Shown: positions 50,525-60,825, numbered from the stretch's first letter. The stretch is 64,000 nt of DNA from Bacillota bacterium (GCA_023398815.1 JAEWRW010000028.1:139102-203101), one strand, 5' to 3'. Translations and numbers: made by a program. The notes: generated by a model not told the origin, from the letters alone.

Positions 50525-51400
50525 CTATAGCAGGTCGTCGAAGGGCGCGGCGACGGTGAAACGCTGGCCCGCCAGCTCGACCAGGGGCGGGTATGCCTCG
50601 GGTGGAAATTCAAACCCCAGGGCACAGGCCCACAGCATCTGCCGGCGGGCCTTATTCTGGCGGTTGAAGGCACGGTCGCCGTATTTGTCATCCCCCAGCA
50701 GCGGGTGGCCCAGGTGGGCCAAGTGGGCGCGGATCTGATGGGTACGGCCGGTGTGCAGGCGCACCTCCAACAGCGACCGGTCGCCAGCGGTGCGCAGCAG
50801 CGTGTACTCGGTCACGGCGGTTTTGGCTCCCCGCCGAGGGGTGTCAGTGACCGATACCTCCGATCGTGCGGCATCCTTGCTGAGGTAGGCTGTGCGCACG
50901 GCGTGGGGCGGCTGAGGCGTTCCCCGCACCACGCAGTGGTAGGTTTTTTCGATGCAGCCGGCCTCCATGGCTGCCCGGGCTGCCTGCTCGGCGGCGACAT
51001 CGCGTGCCAGCAACACCAACCCTCCGGTCTGTACATCCAGCCGGTGGCAGGCCAACGCAAAGGGCTCCTCCCCCCGTGCCGCCAGCCACGCGCTAACCAG
51101 CGTTACCATGTCCACAGAACCTTCCTCCACCGTGGGCACACCGGCGGGCTTTTCCGCCACGACCACCCGGGCAGAGTGATGCAGCACCCGCAGGCGGGCG
51201 GCGTCCAGTACGTCGTCGGGCAGGTAGACGGCCACCTCGTCACCGGGCGAGAGCGGCACATCCTCGCCGGTGCGCTGGCCATTCACCCGCACATCGCGCC
51301 GCTCCAGGAGCTTCCGCAGCCGCCCCGGCGACAGGTTGGGCCAATGCACCGCCAGCAGGCGCCGCAGGGTGCCGGGTTCGGTTGCCGTCAGCGTTCGCAT
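50525..51400 (-). CDS. RluA-family pseudouridine synthase
   Basis: 291 aa. S4-like N-terminus (RLRKLLERRDVRVNGQR), catalytic HRLDVQTGGLVLLA, and TGRTHQIRAHLAHLGHPLLGDDKYG. Confidence 0.85.
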   Translation of the reverse strand: MRTLTATEPGTLRRLLAVHWPNLSPGRLRKLLERRDVRVNGQRTGEDVPLSPGDEVAVYLPDDVLDAARLRVLHHSARVVVAEKPAGVPTVEEGSVDMVTLVSAWLAARGEEPFALACHRLDVQTGGLVLLARDVAAEQAARAAMEAGCIEKTYHCVVRGTPQPPHAVRTAYLSKDAARSEVSVTDTPRRGAKTAVTEYTLLRTAGDRSLLEVRLHTGRTHQIRAHLAHLGHPLLGDDKYGDRAFNRQNKARRQMLWACALGFEFPPEAYPPLVELAGQRFTVAAPFDDLL

Positions 51401-51466
51401 GGCTCCTCCTCGTCAACAGCACTACTCTACCACAGCCGGCCGCTGCGGGAAAGCCATTGCGATACA

Positions 51467-51499
51467 CGAAGGCCCCGGAGCGTCCGTCCGGGGCCTTCG
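51467..51499 (-). terminator. strong hairpin after Gfo/Idh/MocA copy A (poor U-tract)
   Basis: Minus strand reads CGAAGGCCCCGGA-CGGACGC-TCCGGGGCCTTCG (13-bp stem), followed by TGTATCGC. Confidence 0.45.
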
Positions 51500-51508
51500 G
51501 CTGTGTAG

Positions 51509-52615
51509 TTAGTCCAGCTGACCGTCTGCCAGGCCAGTGGGCAGCGGAGCGGGCTGGGCGCAGGTGCTCTCCATCTGGTAGACCCGCCCCTCGCGGCTGG
51601 CGTCGTGGAAGGCCTGCATCAGATCCTGTACGTGGGCAGTCAACTCCACCCCGGCACGGGGCTTCCGACCTAGGCGGATGGCCTTGGCCATGTCAGTCAG
51701 GCCGAGGCCACGGCTGTTCTCAGCATAGCTATGGGTCAGTTCCACATCTTCCCATGCCTTGGTTTCACTCCGGTAGAGCCGCACCGGGCCGCCGAAGGTG
51801 TTGGGGTCGGGGACGCTCAGCGTGCCCAGGCTGCCATAGATTTCGATGCGGGGCAACTCGGCCGCCCAGACGTCAAAGCTCGTGATGATCGTGCCGATCG
51901 CGCCGTTGGCGAAGTTCAGGATGCCCGCTACATGGGTCGGCACCTCAACCTCAATCGTCTGACCATTCTTCTTCTCGCTAGTGATCGTGCGCGTCGGGAA
52001 GCTGATGCGCGCGGAGCCTGCAACGCTGGCAACCGGACCCATCAGGTTCACGAGGGCCGTGAGGTAGTACGGGCCCATATCAAACATCGGGCCGCCTCCG
52101 ACCTTATAGAAGAACTCCGGGTCGGGGTGCCAGCCCTCCGGTCCGTGGCCGGTCATAAAGGCCGTGGCCGCGACCGGCGTGCCGATGGCGCCGTCGTCGA
52201 TGAGCTTGCGGCAGGTCTGTATCCCTGCGCCCAGGAAGGTATCGGGCGCGCCGCCAGCCAACAGGCCCTTCTGCGCGGCCAGCTTCTGTATCTTCCTGCC
52301 GTCCTCCCTCGTGATGGAGAGGGGCTTCTCCACATAGACATGCTTGCCGGCCTCCAGCGCCGCCAGGCACAGTCGCGCGTGGTTTGGCGGCTGGGTGATG
52401 TTCAGGACGAGCTCGATCTCCTCGTCCTTCAAAAGGGTCTCGCCGCTTTCATAGGTCTTGGGGATGCCATATTCGCGGGCCGCCTTCTGCACCCGCTCCG
52501 GAATGAGGTCAGCCACGGCCACGACCTCGATATCCACAAAGCGCTGGGTCAGGTTTTTCAGATAGATTCCACTGATGTTGCCGCAGCCGATGATGCCAAC
52601 CTTTACCTTTTCCAT
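51509..52615 (-). CDS. Gfo/Idh/MocA family oxidoreductase, tandem copy A
   Basis: ORF 51509..52657. The start is at 52615: [22 protein letters not shown]...VYVEKPLSITRED. 368 aa. Confidence 0.85.
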   Translation of the reverse strand: MEKVKVGIIGCGNISGIYLKNLTQRFVDIEVVAVADLIPERVQKAAREYGIPKTYESGETLLKDEEIELVLNITQPPNHARLCLAALEAGKHVYVEKPLSITREDGRKIQKLAAQKGLLAGGAPDTFLGAGIQTCRKLIDDGAIGTPVAATAFMTGHGPEGWHPDPEFFYKVGGGPMFDMGPYYLTALVNLMGPVASVAGSARISFPTRTITSEKKNGQTIEVEVPTHVAGILNFANGAIGTIITSFDVWAAELPRIEIYGSLGTLSVPDPNTFGGPVRLYRSETKAWEDVELTHSYAENSRGLGLTDMAKAIRLGRKPRAGVELTAHVQDLMQAFHDASREGRVYQMESTCAQPAPLPTGLADGQLD

Positions 52616-52640
52616 GTTCTGCTTCTCCATTTTCTCAGCG

Positions 52641-53747
52641 CTAATCCAACATGCCATCCTGCAGGCCGGTGGGCAGCGGCGCGGGTTGGGTGCAGGTGCT
52701 CTCCAGCCGGTAGACCAGCCCCTCGCGGCTGGCGTCGTGGAAGGCCTGCATCAGATCCTGCACGTGGGCAGTCAGCTCCACCCCGGCGCGGGGCTTACGG
52801 CCCAGGCGGATGGCCTTGGCCATGTCGGCCAGGCCCAGGCCCCGGCTGTTTTCGGCATAGCTGTGGGTCAGTTCCACATCCTCCCAGGCCTTTGTCTCAC
52901 TCCGGTAGAGCCGCACAGGGCCGCCGAAGGTGTTGGGGTCCGGCACGCTCAGCGTGCCCAGGCTGCCATAGATTTCGATGCGGGGTAACTCGGCCGCCCA
53001 GACGTCAAAGCTCGTGATGATCGTGCCGATCGCTCCGCTGGCAAAGTTCAGGATGCCCGCCACATGGGTCGGCACCTCGACCTCAATCGTCTGGCCGTAC
53101 TTCCCTTCGCTGGTGATCGTGCGCGTCGGGAAGCTGATGCGCGCGGAGCCTGCGACGCTGGCAACCGGACCCATCAGGTTCACAAGCGCCGTGAGGTAGT
53201 ACGGGCCCATGTCGAACATCGGGCCGCCGCCGACCTTGTAGTAGAACTCCGGGTCGGGGTGCCAGCTCTCGTGCCCGCGGCAGGTCATAAAGGCCGTGGC
53301 GGCGACCGGTGTGCCGATGGCGCCGTCGTCGATGAGCTTACGGCAGGTCTGTATCCCCGCGCCTAGGAAGGTATCGGGCGCGCCGCCAACCAACAGGCCC
53401 TTCTGCGCGGCCAACTTCTGTATCTTCCTGCCATCCTCCCGCGTGATGGCGAGGGGCTTCTCCACATAGACGTGCTTGCCGGCCTCCAGCGCCGCCAGGC
53501 ACAGCCGCGCGTGGTCCGGCGGCGTCGTAATATTCAGCACCAGTTCGATCTCCCCATCCTTCAAAAGCGCCTCGCCGCTTTCATAGGTCTTGGGGATGCC
53601 ATATTCGCGGGCCGCGTTCTGCACCCGCTCCGGGATGAGGTCAGCCACGGCCACGACCTCGACATCCACAAAGCGCTTGGTCAGATTTTTCAGATAAATC
53701 CCACTGATATTGCCGCAGCCAATGATACCAACTTTTACCTTTTCCAT
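52641..53747 (-). CDS. Gfo/Idh/MocA family oxidoreductase, tandem copy B
   Basis: 368 aa, collinear with copy A without gaps, and by eye more than 90 % identical in protein sequence. Confidence 0.85.
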   Translation of the reverse strand: MEKVKVGIIGCGNISGIYLKNLTKRFVDVEVVAVADLIPERVQNAAREYGIPKTYESGEALLKDGEIELVLNITTPPDHARLCLAALEAGKHVYVEKPLAITREDGRKIQKLAAQKGLLVGGAPDTFLGAGIQTCRKLIDDGAIGTPVAATAFMTCRGHESWHPDPEFYYKVGGGPMFDMGPYYLTALVNLMGPVASVAGSARISFPTRTITSEGKYGQTIEVEVPTHVAGILNFASGAIGTIITSFDVWAAELPRIEIYGSLGTLSVPDPNTFGGPVRLYRSETKAWEDVELTHSYAENSRGLGLADMAKAIRLGRKPRAGVELTAHVQDLMQAFHDASREGLVYRLESTCTQPAPLPTGLQDGMLD

Positions 53748-53763
53748 TTACCGCGCTACTCCT

Positions 53764-54474
53764 TTATGCCTGCAACGATTTGTAGTCCAGCCCCCGTGCC
53801 ACAGCGATGTCCCGCCCCTCGGCGCACCAGAGGAAGCCGCGGCGCATCATCTCGATGGCCGTGGGGTTTTCAAAGATGTCGTCGTGGTGGCCCAGCGAGT
53901 TGTAGAACACACGGCCGTAGCCCCACAGCTTGGTCCAGCAGACCGGCACGTCGACCTCGCCGTTGGTGCTGTGGTAGCCCTTTGCCACCGGGAAGCGCGT
54001 CGTCGCCAGGACGTTGACCGCCGGGTCGACGTGCACGTAGTACTGCTCGCTGGCAACGTCAAAATCCTCCATCCCCTGGATGAGCGGGCTGGAACTGTTC
54101 TTTTTGAAATTGACCCGGTACGGGGTGCCGTCGTTGCCGGGGTGGGCCACCCACTGGCCGCCGGTCATGAACTGCCACTCGGTATCCTCGCGGAAGCTGT
54201 CACACATGCCGCCGTGGCAGCCTGCCAGCCCCACGCCGGAGGCAACCGCCTCGCACACGGCGCTGCGCTGCTCGCCTGTGATCTTGCCCATCGTCCAGCA
54301 GGACACGATGAGGTGCAGCTTCTTCAGCTTCTCCACATCCAGAAAGGCGTCCAGCGTGTCGGAGACCTCGACCTCAAAGCCCTCCGCCCGCAGCACCGCC
54401 GCGAAACGCTCGGAAACCTTCACGGGCTCATGACCGTCCCAACCGCCCTGAACCACCAATGCCTTCTTCTTCAT
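53764..54474 (-). CDS. ThuA-domain protein (trehalose-utilisation-like, class I glutamine amidotransferase-like fold)
   Basis: ORF 53764..54513. The start is at 54474, after GGAGGA: MKKKALVVQGGWDGHEP...LAGCHGG...VFYNSLGH. Confidence 0.8.
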   Translation of the reverse strand: MKKKALVVQGGWDGHEPVKVSERFAAVLRAEGFEVEVSDTLDAFLDVEKLKKLHLIVSCWTMGKITGEQRSAVCEAVASGVGLAGCHGGMCDSFREDTEWQFMTGGQWVAHPGNDGTPYRVNFKKNSSSPLIQGMEDFDVASEQYYVHVDPAVNVLATTRFPVAKGYHSTNGEVDVPVCWTKLWGYGRVFYNSLGHHDDIFENPTAIEMMRRGFLWCAEGRDIAVARGLDYKSLQA

Positions 54475-54593
54475 CCATACATCCTCCGGATTGATTTCAC
54501 TGACATATACCACGTGGGGGTGCCGCTCTCCTGCCTGGCAGGGGGGAAAGGTGGACGTTGCGCGAAAATGATCATTTGTTGCCAGTTTTCACA

Positions 54594-54625
54594 AGTCACC
54601 GCGCCCCTTGCGGGACGCGGTGACT
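54594..54625 (-). terminator. hairpin after the GH30 gene (weak U-tract)
   Basis: Minus strand reads AGTCACCGCGTCCC-GCAA-GGGGCGCGGTGACT (one mismatch), followed by TGTGAAAAC. Confidence 0.4.
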
Positions 54626-54646
54626 ACCCACCAAAACCTGCGGCGG

Positions 54647-56038
54647 CTACCCTCTCAACACATAGGTGGTGATGGAATGGGGCCGCAACTGGGAATCGGC
54701 CAAACGGCCATGGAGGCGCAGACGCAGCGGCCGCTCCTCCTCCCCGGCGTTCATGGCCACGACGGCGATGGTGCCATCGGGGTTGCGGAAGGCGGTGGCC
54801 TCCAGCTTGTCGGTGTACAGGCTGTGGCCGATACGACGGGCACCACGGCGGATGAACTTGCTGAAATGCCCGGTGTAGGCCCAGGACGATGCGTACTCCA
54901 GCTGGCCGGTGGCACGGTTGAGCTGAATGGGCGACTCCCCCACCCAAATCTTCTTGCCGCCGGTTCCCTCCTGGCGCTGCTCCTCCAGCCAATGGCTGGG
55001 GCCGCCGTCCTCGTTGAGCAGCATATTCCAGTCCACCCAGGCGTTGGACCAGTGGTTGAGGTCGCCAAAGATGTCGTGGGCGTAGCGCTCGCCCGAGGCC
55101 CAGGGGATGCCAGGCGTCTTGCCCACGCAGTGCTCGGTGGAAAGAATGAGCTGCTCCGGGAAGAGGTCGTGGAACACATCGAGCGCCGTGAAGTGGCTGC
55201 CCGAATACCAATGCACCGCGATGCCCGAGGATGCCGCCCGCGCACGGGCATTGAGGAGCGTACGTTGCGCCCGCTCCACCACGCGTTCCTTGTTGTGATC
55301 CCAAAAGAACACCTGCCGGTCGCCCACGCCGGCACGCTCCATCGCCGGGCGCAGATACCCCAGCAGGAAATCCCGCTCCTCATCCGCCGAATAGGTGCAG
55401 GACTCCCAGCCCTGCACGGCCTTGGCCTCGTTCTGTATGGTCAGGCCCCACACCGGCAGGTCCTCACGCTCCATCTCTTGCAGGTAGCGGGCGAGGTACC
55501 TCGCCCAGACTTCGCGGCACTCCTCCCGCAGGGAGCCACCCTTGGCCATTTTGCCGTTGGTCTTCATCCACGCCGGCGGGCTCCAAGGCGAGGCAAACAG
55601 CGTCAGCTCCGGCGAACGCTCCCGCGCCCGGCGTACCATGGGCAGCACGGCGGCCCGGTCGGGGGCCAGGTCAAAGTGCTTCAGATCGAAGTCGCCTTCG
55701 ACATCGTCATAGCTGTAAGGCGCGGCGGAGAAATCACAGCTGTTGATCGTCAGGCGGCAGAAGTTGTAGCCAATGCCGCCTTCCGTGTCGAAGTAGGCCG
55801 ACAGCACCTCCTGGCGCTGCGCCTCGCTGAGGGCGGCAAAGTTGCGGGCTGACGACTCGGTAAACGCGCCTCCAAAACCCAGAATGCTCTGGTACTGCAC
55901 GTCGTCATAAAGGCAGAGCAGGGCACTCTCCTCCCCGTCGGCGTCGGTGCGGTCGTCGTAGAAGGCGATGGGCGCAGCGGCTTTCAGCGCGTGGCCCTCA
56001 GCAGGAACGGTTTCGTAGGGTTGTGCGATCGAATACAT
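54647..56038 (-). CDS. glycoside hydrolase family 30 (glucosylceramidase-like), no signal peptide
   Basis: ORF 54647..56101. The start is at 56038, after AGGAGG: MYSIAQPYE...QSILGFGGAFTES...FASPWSPPAWMKTNG...LTIQNEA (acid/base Glu region)...STEHC (nucleophile Glu region). Confidence 0.85.
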   Translation of the reverse strand: MYSIAQPYETVPAEGHALKAAAPIAFYDDRTDADGEESALLCLYDDVQYQSILGFGGAFTESSARNFAALSEAQRQEVLSAYFDTEGGIGYNFCRLTINSCDFSAAPYSYDDVEGDFDLKHFDLAPDRAAVLPMVRRARERSPELTLFASPWSPPAWMKTNGKMAKGGSLREECREVWARYLARYLQEMEREDLPVWGLTIQNEAKAVQGWESCTYSADEERDFLLGYLRPAMERAGVGDRQVFFWDHNKERVVERAQRTLLNARARAASSGIAVHWYSGSHFTALDVFHDLFPEQLILSTEHCVGKTPGIPWASGERYAHDIFGDLNHWSNAWVDWNMLLNEDGGPSHWLEEQRQEGTGGKKIWVGESPIQLNRATGQLEYASSWAYTGHFSKFIRRGARRIGHSLYTDKLEATAFRNPDGTIAVVAMNAGEEERPLRLRLHGRLADSQLRPHSITTYVLRG

Positions 56039-56305
56039 AACGAGCCTCCTTCCACCATGCAGAACCAGCTCCCCCCTGCCTTGGCGGCAAGATGCCAGCA
56101 AGCTGCCAAGAGGGTTGCGCTCTCCTTGCTTTCTACGGTTTCCTCACCCTGGGTGCCCGGGCATCGCCGGAGCCACAGAAAGCGGTCATTCTTTATTCAA
56201 GATGGTATTCCTCAAGAACGAATCGCACAATGCCAATCTATACAACGAACCAACTCGTAACCTAACTCGATGTGCGCTGTTAACCGCCAACAACATGCCG
56301 GCTGT

Positions 56306-56343
56306 ACAAAAAACAAACACGGCAGGAGAAGCGCCTGCCGTGT
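56306..56343 (-). terminator. intrinsic terminator of the gcv operon
   Basis: Minus strand reads ACACGGCAGG-CGCTTCT-CCTGCCGTGT, followed by TTGTTTTTTGT, 22 nt after the gcvPB stop. Confidence 0.8.
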
Positions 56344-56364
56344 CAGTGGTGAATTTCCAGACCC

Positions 56365-57813
56365 TCACTCGGGCCGCCAGCGCAGGCGAGGCTTGCGGGC
56401 GGCGGTGACTTCATCGAGCCGCCCCACCGGCGTGGTGACCGGCGCGTCGTGCAGCGCCTGGGGATTGGTGCGTGCCTCCTCCACCAGCTGCAGGAGAGCA
56501 TCGGCGGCGGCGTCCAGCGTCTCGCGGCTCTCGCTCTCGGTAGGCTCCAGCATCAGTGCCTCGTGCACGATGAGCGGGAAGTACATCGTCGGCGGGTGCA
56601 TCCCCCGGTCGATGAGGCCCTTGGCCAAGTCCATGGCCGAGACGCCTGTTTCCTTCTTCAACCCCTCCAGCGACAGCACGAACTCGTGCATGCAGGTGCG
56701 GTCAAAGGCCGCGTCCAGCGTGCCGGCCAAGCGCGCCTTCAGGTAGTTGGCGTTGAGCACCGCCGCGCGGGAGGTGGCCAGAAGGCCGTCCCCACCCAGC
56801 GAGAGCAGATACGTCATGGCCCGCACCAGCACGCCGAAGTTGCCGTGGAAGCTGCGCACCCGGCCGATGGACTGAGGACGGTCGTCATCCCAGTAGTAGC
56901 TGCCGTCCGCCCTCTGGGCCGCCACCGGGGCCGGAAGGAAGGGCGTCAGCGCCGCCCGGCAGGCCACCGGGCCGCTGCCCGGGCCGCCACCGCCGTGGGG
57001 CGTGGCAAAGGTCTTGTGGACGTTGAGGTGCATGACGTCAAAGCCCATGTCGCCGGGCCGCGTCACACCCAGGATGGCGTTGAGGTTGGCCCCGTCGTAA
57101 TAGAGCAGGCCGCCCACGCCATGGACGATGTCGGCAATCTCAGCGATGCCCGTCTCAAAGAGCCCCAGAGTGCTGGGGTTGGTGAGCATCAGGGCCGCGG
57201 TGCGCTCGTCGGCCGCCGCCCGCAGGGCGTTGAGGTCGACGTTGCCGTTGGCGTCACTGGCGACCTGCACCACCTCGAACCCCGCCACGGCCGCACTAGC
57301 CGGGTTGGTGCCGTGGGCGGTGTCGGGCACCAGCACGCGGGTACGCCCGTGGTCGCCCCCGGCAGCGTGGTAGGCCTTGATCATCGCCATCCCCGTCCAC
57401 TCGCCATGGGCACCGGCTGCCGGCTGCAGCGTGACGCCATCCATGCCGGTGATCTCCATGAGCCAACGCTGCAGGGTGAATGCCAACTCCAGGCTGCCCT
57501 GAGCAGTGTCGTCGGGCTGCAGGGGGTGCACCTCAGCAAAGCCTGGCAGTGCCGCCATGTCCTCGTCGATCTTGGGGTTGTACTTCATGGTGCAGGAGCC
57601 CAGCGGATAAAAGCCGCTGTCCACACCGAACGCCCGGCGGGAAAGGGTCGTGTAGTGGCGCACCAGGTCGACCTCGGCCACCTCCGGCAGAGCCGGGGGC
57701 GTAGCACGCAGGTAGGCGCTCTCTACCGGGCAGACGCCGGCGGTGTGCGGCAATTGCTCGCTGCCCCTGCCGGGAACGGAGCGTTCAAAGATCAACTTCT
57801 CCACACTACGCAT
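56365..57813 (-). CDS. gcvPB: glycine dehydrogenase (decarboxylating) subunit 2
   Basis: 482 aa with the PLP-lysine region [16 protein letters not shown]. The start overlaps the gcvPA stop (TAATG). Confidence 0.93.
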   Translation of the reverse strand: MRSVEKLIFERSVPGRGSEQLPHTAGVCPVESAYLRATPPALPEVAEVDLVRHYTTLSRRAFGVDSGFYPLGSCTMKYNPKIDEDMAALPGFAEVHPLQPDDTAQGSLELAFTLQRWLMEITGMDGVTLQPAAGAHGEWTGMAMIKAYHAAGGDHGRTRVLVPDTAHGTNPASAAVAGFEVVQVASDANGNVDLNALRAAADERTAALMLTNPSTLGLFETGIAEIADIVHGVGGLLYYDGANLNAILGVTRPGDMGFDVMHLNVHKTFATPHGGGGPGSGPVACRAALTPFLPAPVAAQRADGSYYWDDDRPQSIGRVRSFHGNFGVLVRAMTYLLSLGGDGLLATSRAAVLNANYLKARLAGTLDAAFDRTCMHEFVLSLEGLKKETGVSAMDLAKGLIDRGMHPPTMYFPLIVHEALMLEPTESESRETLDAAADALLQLVEEARTNPQALHDAPVTTPVGRLDEVTAARKPRLRWRPE

Positions 57814-59144
57814 TACCGCACCTCCTTCAGGGCTTCCACCAGCCGGTCAAGATCGGCGGTGGTGTTGCGCTCGGTGCAGCAATACAGCGTGCTGTGAGCG
57901 TATTCCTGCCCCAAGAACCCCAGCGGCAAGCCAGAGAGGATGCCTTGATCAGCCAGGGCCTGTTCGATGCATTCGGGCGCGATGTCGCTGTCAATGACGA
58001 ACTCATGGAAGAACGGCCCAGTAAAGCGCAGGCGCATGCCCGGCAGCACGGCGATACGCTCGGCCGCCTCGTGTGCGCGCTGGGTGCAGAGCATCGCCGC
58101 GTCACCCAAGCCCCGCGGCCCCATGGCGGCCAGGTAAACCGCCGCCGCCAGGGCGTTGAGCGCCTGGTTGGAGCAGATGTTGCTGGAGGCCTTCTCTCGC
58201 CGGATGTGCTGCTCGCGCGCCTGTAACGTCAGCACGAAGCCGCGGTTGCCCTCGCCGTCGGTCGTCTGCCCCACGATACGGCCGGGGAGCTTGCGCTGCA
58301 ATGCCTCCCGACAGGCCATGAAGCCTAAGTAGGGCCCGCCATAGCCAATGGGCGTGCCCAGGGGCTGGCCCTCGCCAATGGCGATGTCGGCCCCCCACTC
58401 ACCGGGGGACTTGAGCGCACCCAGGGAAATGGGGTTGCAGCTCAACACCAGCTTCGCGCCCTGCCCGTGGGCCAAGGGTTCGATGGCAGCCACGTCCTCC
58501 AGCTGGCCGAAGAAGTTCGGCTGCTGCACCAGCACACAGGCCGTGCTGGCATCGATGGCCCCTGCCAGCGCCTCGGGGTCAGTGACGCCGCCCCGCGCGG
58601 GCACGATGACCAGCTCCACCCCCGCCGTGCGGCACCAGGTGGCAGCTACGGCGATGGTGTGCGGGTGGAACGCGCCGCTCATCACGGCCCGGCGGCGTTT
58701 GGCGTCCACGCACATGGCGATGGCCTCGGACGCCGCCGTCGCCCCGTCATAGACCGAGGCGTTGGAGGCATCCATGCCGGTGAGTTCGCAGATCATCGTC
58801 TGATACTCAAAAATGGCCTGCAGTACGCCCTGGCTCATTTCGGCCTGGTAGGGCGTGTAGGCGGTGACAAACTCGCTGCGGCCCACGATGCGCCCCACGG
58901 CAGCGGGGATGTGGTGCCGATAAGCTCCCGCGCCCCGGAAGCACGTGGGGAACACGCGGTTGCGGGCGGCCATGCTCTCCATGGCGGCGCGCACTTCCAG
59001 CTCCGGCAGGCCACCTGGCAGGGCAAGGGGGCGACCCAACAGCGCCGACGCGGGAACGTCCGCAAACAGTTCCTCCGTCCCCTGGAACCCCAGGGTGGCG
59101 AGCATGGCTTGCTCCTCAGCCGGGGTGTGGGGAACGTAGCTCAT
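57813..59144 (-). CDS. gcvPA: glycine dehydrogenase (decarboxylating) subunit 1
   Basis: ORF 57813..59231. The start is at 59144 ([19 protein letters not shown]), in an ATGA overlap with the gcvH stop. 443 aa. Confidence 0.93.
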   Translation of the reverse strand: MSYVPHTPAEEQAMLATLGFQGTEELFADVPASALLGRPLALPGGLPELEVRAAMESMAARNRVFPTCFRGAGAYRHHIPAAVGRIVGRSEFVTAYTPYQAEMSQGVLQAIFEYQTMICELTGMDASNASVYDGATAASEAIAMCVDAKRRRAVMSGAFHPHTIAVAATWCRTAGVELVIVPARGGVTDPEALAGAIDASTACVLVQQPNFFGQLEDVAAIEPLAHGQGAKLVLSCNPISLGALKSPGEWGADIAIGEGQPLGTPIGYGGPYLGFMACREALQRKLPGRIVGQTTDGEGNRGFVLTLQAREQHIRREKASSNICSNQALNALAAAVYLAAMGPRGLGDAAMLCTQRAHEAAERIAVLPGMRLRFTGPFFHEFVIDSDIAPECIEQALADQGILSGLPLGFLGQEYAHSTLYCCTERNTTADLDRLVEALKEVR

Positions 59145-59524
59145 TGGTGCCCTCCCTGCTCCAGCAGTGCCACGTATTCGTCGGCGCTGAGCAGCCCCTC
59201 CACCCGCACATGGTGCAAGCGGAAGATCCACTGTTCGTAGGGCTCACTGTTCAGGAGTTCAGGGCTCTGTTCCAGTTCGGCGTTGACCTCACTGACCTCC
59301 CCGGCCACCGGGGCGAAGATCTCCGACACGGCCTTGACCGATTCCACATTGGCGGCCACATCGCCGGCCTGAAGTTTGGAGCCCGCCTGGGGCAGCTCGA
59401 TGAACACGATGTCGCCCAATTGGCTCTGGGCGAAGTCCGTGATGCCAACGACGGCGGTGCCGTCGCCTTCCAGTTTGACCCACTCGTGGTCAGGGGTGTA
59501 CTGCAGGTTGTAAGGAACGTTCAT
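59141..59524 (-). CDS. gcvH: glycine cleavage system H protein
   Basis: 127 aa: YTPDHEWVKLEG...VESVKAVSEIFAPV (lipoyl-lysine motif). Confidence 0.93.
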   Translation of the reverse strand: MNVPYNLQYTPDHEWVKLEGDGTAVVGITDFAQSQLGDIVFIELPQAGSKLQAGDVAANVESVKAVSEIFAPVAGEVSEVNAELEQSPELLNSEPYEQWIFRLHHVRVEGLLSADEYVALLEQGGHQ

Positions 59525-60618
59525 TTGCTCTCCTCCGCTCTACGATAAAATGGTAGTTTTTTGATTTCAGCATTCAGTTGTTTGCCACGCACCTCCACGG
59601 TCACCTGGGTCCCTACCTGGGCAAGCGAAGGCGGCACATAGGCCATGGCGATGGCCTGCTCCAGCCAGGGGGCCATGGTGCCGGAGGTGACAGCGCCCAC
59701 AACTTCGCCATTGTGCAGCACCGGTGCGCCGTCCCGGGCAATGCCGCGATCCCGCAGCACCAAACCAACCCGGCGGCGGGCCAAACCCGCCTCCTTCTGG
59801 GCAAGCAGGGCGTCCCGGCCGACAAAGGCGTCCTTCTCCAGCCGCACGAAGCGCCCGAGACCCGCCTCCAGCGGCGAAATGGTATCGGTCAGCTCGTGGC
59901 CGTAGAGGGGCATGGCAGCCTCCAGCCGCAAGGTATCGCGCGCGCCCAGGCCCGCCGGAAGCAACCCCAGCGGCTCCCCCGCCGCCAGTAGCGCCTGCCA
60001 CAGGGGCGGCGCGTGTTCAGGCGGCAGGTAGAGTTCAAAGCCGTCCTCCCCCGTGTACCCCGTGCGGGAGACGATCATCGGCGCACCGTGCCACACCGTC
60101 TCCAGAAAGGTGTAATACCGCTCGGGCTGTGGGAGCTCCGGCAGGGCGAGGCGCAGAATCTGCACGGCCCGCGGCCCCTGCAGCGCCACCTGCGCCCACT
60201 GGTCGGAGACGTCCTCAATCGTCACACCCAAGGGGTTGTGGACCGTCATCCAGGCAAAGTCCTTCTGCCGGTTGGCGGCGTTGACGACGACGAGGTAACG
60301 GTCGGCCCGCTGGCGGTAGACGAGCACATCATCCACCGTGCCGCCATCCTCGCGGCACAGGGGGCTGTAGCGGACGTCGCCGTCCTGCATGCGTGTAAAG
60401 TCATTGGGAAGCAGATGCTGCAAGGCCGCCAGGGCCTGCGAGCCAGTAAATAGGATCTCCCCCATGTGGGAGACATCAAAGAGCCCGGCCGCCTGACGCA
60501 CGGCTCGGTGTTCGGCGACGATGCCGGAATACTGCACCGGCAGTGTCCAGCCGGCAAAGTCCACCATGCGCCCGCCCAGGCGCAGGTGTTGGTCGTACAG
60601 GGCCGTTTGTTGTGCCAT
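59521..60618 (-). CDS. gcvT: glycine cleavage system aminomethyltransferase T
   Basis: ORF 59521..60660. The start is at 60618, after GGAGGG: MAQQTALYDQHLRLGGRMVDFAGWTLPVQY...GLFDVSHMGE. 365 aa. Confidence 0.93.
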   Translation of the reverse strand: MAQQTALYDQHLRLGGRMVDFAGWTLPVQYSGIVAEHRAVRQAAGLFDVSHMGEILFTGSQALAALQHLLPNDFTRMQDGDVRYSPLCREDGGTVDDVLVYRQRADRYLVVVNAANRQKDFAWMTVHNPLGVTIEDVSDQWAQVALQGPRAVQILRLALPELPQPERYYTFLETVWHGAPMIVSRTGYTGEDGFELYLPPEHAPPLWQALLAAGEPLGLLPAGLGARDTLRLEAAMPLYGHELTDTISPLEAGLGRFVRLEKDAFVGRDALLAQKEAGLARRRVGLVLRDRGIARDGAPVLHNGEVVGAVTSGTMAPWLEQAIAMAYVPPSLAQVGTQVTVEVRGKQLNAEIKKLPFYRRAEESK

Positions 60619-60636
60619 CTCAATCCCTCCGGAATA

Positions 60637-60670
60637 CAAAAATAGGCGCAGCTTTGCCAAAGCTACGCCT
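60637..60670 (-). terminator. expression-platform terminator of the glycine riboswitch
   Basis: Minus strand reads AGGCGTAGCTT-TGGC-AAGCTGCGCCT (one G-U pair), followed by ATTTTTGTATT, about 20 nt before the gcvT RBS. Confidence 0.75.
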
Positions 60671-60825
60671 CTGTTCCTTCACCTGAGAGATTCTTCCCGA
60701 AGGAATTGCCCCGTTGGTGCCCATGTGGGCTTTCCAGAGATGTGTCGTGGCACGGTCCGGTTTGCCTGAGAGGTTCTGCGCGATTGCTCCTTCGGCGCCG
60801 GCGCGTGGCCGGTCTCTCCCATGCC
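60671..60825 (-). promoter_or_regulatory. tandem glycine riboswitch (two aptamers)
   Basis: Minus strand. Aptamer 1: GGGAGAGACCGGCC...GCGCCGAAGGAGCAA...CTCTCAGGCAAACCGGAC. Aptamer 2: CTCTGGAAAGCCCACATGGGCACCAACGGGGCAA...TCTCTCAGGTGAAGGAACAG. It sits directly upstream of gcvT, the classic context. Confidence 0.88.

Larger units (their letters stand above)
51509..53747 (-). repeat. tandem gene duplication (two 1107-nt coding units, start-to-start offset 1132 nt)
   Basis: The two CDSs align base for base over their full length, with scattered and mostly synonymous differences. The 25-nt spacer and the upstream regions are not shared. Confidence 0.9.

Noticed and set aside
51382-53017. Repeated antisense 'proteins' sharing strings such as [25 protein letters not shown] (ORFs 51382..51885, 51731..53017, 52575..52988).
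   Set aside because: They are by-products of the tandem Gfo/Idh/MocA duplication read on the wrong strand, not an independent repeat-protein family.
54528-54545. Palindrome CCTGCC-T-GGCAGG upstream of thuA as an operator.
   Set aside because: It is short and GC-rich, has no second copy or nearby regulator gene, and such palindromes are frequent by chance at this GC content. The support is insufficient.
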